The notes under the pieces were generated by a model. That model was not told the origin of the DNA. It saw nothing but the letters and a program-made list of their open reading frames with translations, and ran no database searches. The position numbers and the translations under genes are program-made. From the NCBI GenBank assembly GCA_964187785.1, contig OZ076409.1, positions 94,614,001 through 94,678,000 of the forward strand: a DNA stretch of 64,000 nt. Reading direction: 5' to 3'. The DNA comes from Amphiscolops sp. MND2022 (lineage: Eukaryota). Positions 63,201-64,000 of this stretch are shown in pieces (the first letter of the stretch is position 1; each line of letters starts with the position of its first letter).

Positions 63201-63899
63201 AGCGGAGGTCATTTTGAGGCAGAGAAAACCATGTCAAGAATTAAACAGAAATTCTGGTGGCCGGGGCTTAGGCCAAGTGTCGAGAAACATATTGCGAAGT
63301 GTACCCGCTGCGCCGCGAGGTCAACCGCGGGGAAAAGTCGGAAAGCTAGTTTGCAAACAATCGAAGCGAAGGCGCCATTTAGTATTGCAGCAGCAGACAT
63401 TTTAGGACCGGTAACGATAGCGAAGAAGTCGCAGGCACGATACATCTTGGTCATTTCCGATTTGTACACCAAGTATGCGGTTGCCGTACCTTTGAAGGAC
63501 ATGACGTCTAAAACTGTGGCCACCTCCTTAGTCGAAGAATGGATCTTAAGGTTTGGGGCACCCGATACTTTGCACACCGATCAGGGAACGAACTTTAATA
63601 GTGAAGTGATGAAAGACATTTGTCAGGTCTTTATGATCGACAAGACTAGGACTTCTCCGTACCACCCTCAGGGAAACGGCCAGGTTGAACGTTTTAATCG
63701 AGTGATTGCCGATACCATATCGAAATATTGCGCAGAAAAGTCTCAGGAATGGGACATGTATTTGCCCTATGTTACTTTCGTGTACAAAACGACCGTACAT
63801 AATACTCTCGGCACTACTCCGTTTTCCATGTTGTATGGAAAGGAAGCGCAATACCCGATTGATCTATACTATCCAAATCTCCCGGGGATCCCCGATTAG
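60270..63899 (+). pseudogene. Gypsy pol (protease, RT, RNase H, macrodomain, integrase) with one in-frame TGA at 61116-61118
   Basis: WAVIDNGAS protease; MCIDYRKLN, SLDLASGYWQ and FLDD RT; DTGASETALGAVL RNase H (TDAS decayed); HDSPLSGGH...CTRC, ADILGP, TDQGTNF and NGQVERFN integrase; the ORFs at 60306 and 61239 are in the same frame. Confidence 0.93.
62319..62735 (+). other. TARG1/OARD1 (Poa1p-like) macrodomain embedded in Gypsy pol
   Basis: YREGDFL..DSLVLCIAAD...GRYVYLLITK...YDTLKVCL..KEHATSHGVSKLAMPRIGC.DDELEWANV..LEVVF....ISVYT parallels the TARG1 pattern YVKGDLF..DSLAHCISED...GRYIYYLITK...YENL..SL..HC..NGV..LSMPRIGCGLD.L.W.NV...EEVF....ITVYT. Confidence 0.9.
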
Positions 63900-64000
63900 A
63901 TTTAGGTGAGATAGGTACCGAATTGAACGAAAAGTTATACGAAGTACATAGTCACGCGCAAATGACGATGGGAAAAGAACAACGCTGACAGAAGAAATTT

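Larger units (their letters stand above)
56947..64000 (+). mobile_element. Ty3/Gypsy LTR retrotransposon (decaying, runs off the window) with a macrodomain in pol
   Basis: LTR TGTAAC...TTACA at 56947-58400; PBS TGGCGCTCCTGGGTGGG (tRNA-Asn-like); broken gag at about 58513-60200; PR-RT-RH-IN domain order. Confidence 0.95.

Overview
AT-rich, repeat-dense eukaryotic (invertebrate animal-like) genomic DNA; no prokaryotic operons or CRISPR arrays. Mobile elements dominate. They include a young, intact BEL/Pao LTR retrotransposon (3666-12413, minus strand, 5-bp TSD), a decayed CR1/L2-type LINE with an esterase-like ORF1 and a 2A-like motif, a probable solo LTR carrying a gag-like ORF, and an old LTR element with a chuvirus-type env remnant. 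There is also an internally deleted Gypsy (44472-48220), a second Gypsy running off the right end, and many MITE and Helentron-like families. The second Gypsy carries a TARG1/OARD1 (Poa1p/DarG-like) macrodomain inserted in frame in pol, between RNase H and integrase; this is the most interesting signal in the window. Host genes assembled by hand are a 3-exon claudin/PMP22-like tetraspan gene (minus, 53982-33424), an intronless alpha-carbonic anhydrase nested on the same strand in its 18.6-kb intron, and a spliced mucin-stalk plus F-type-lectin-like gene (plus strand). All family assignments come from motif recognition by eye; no searches were run.
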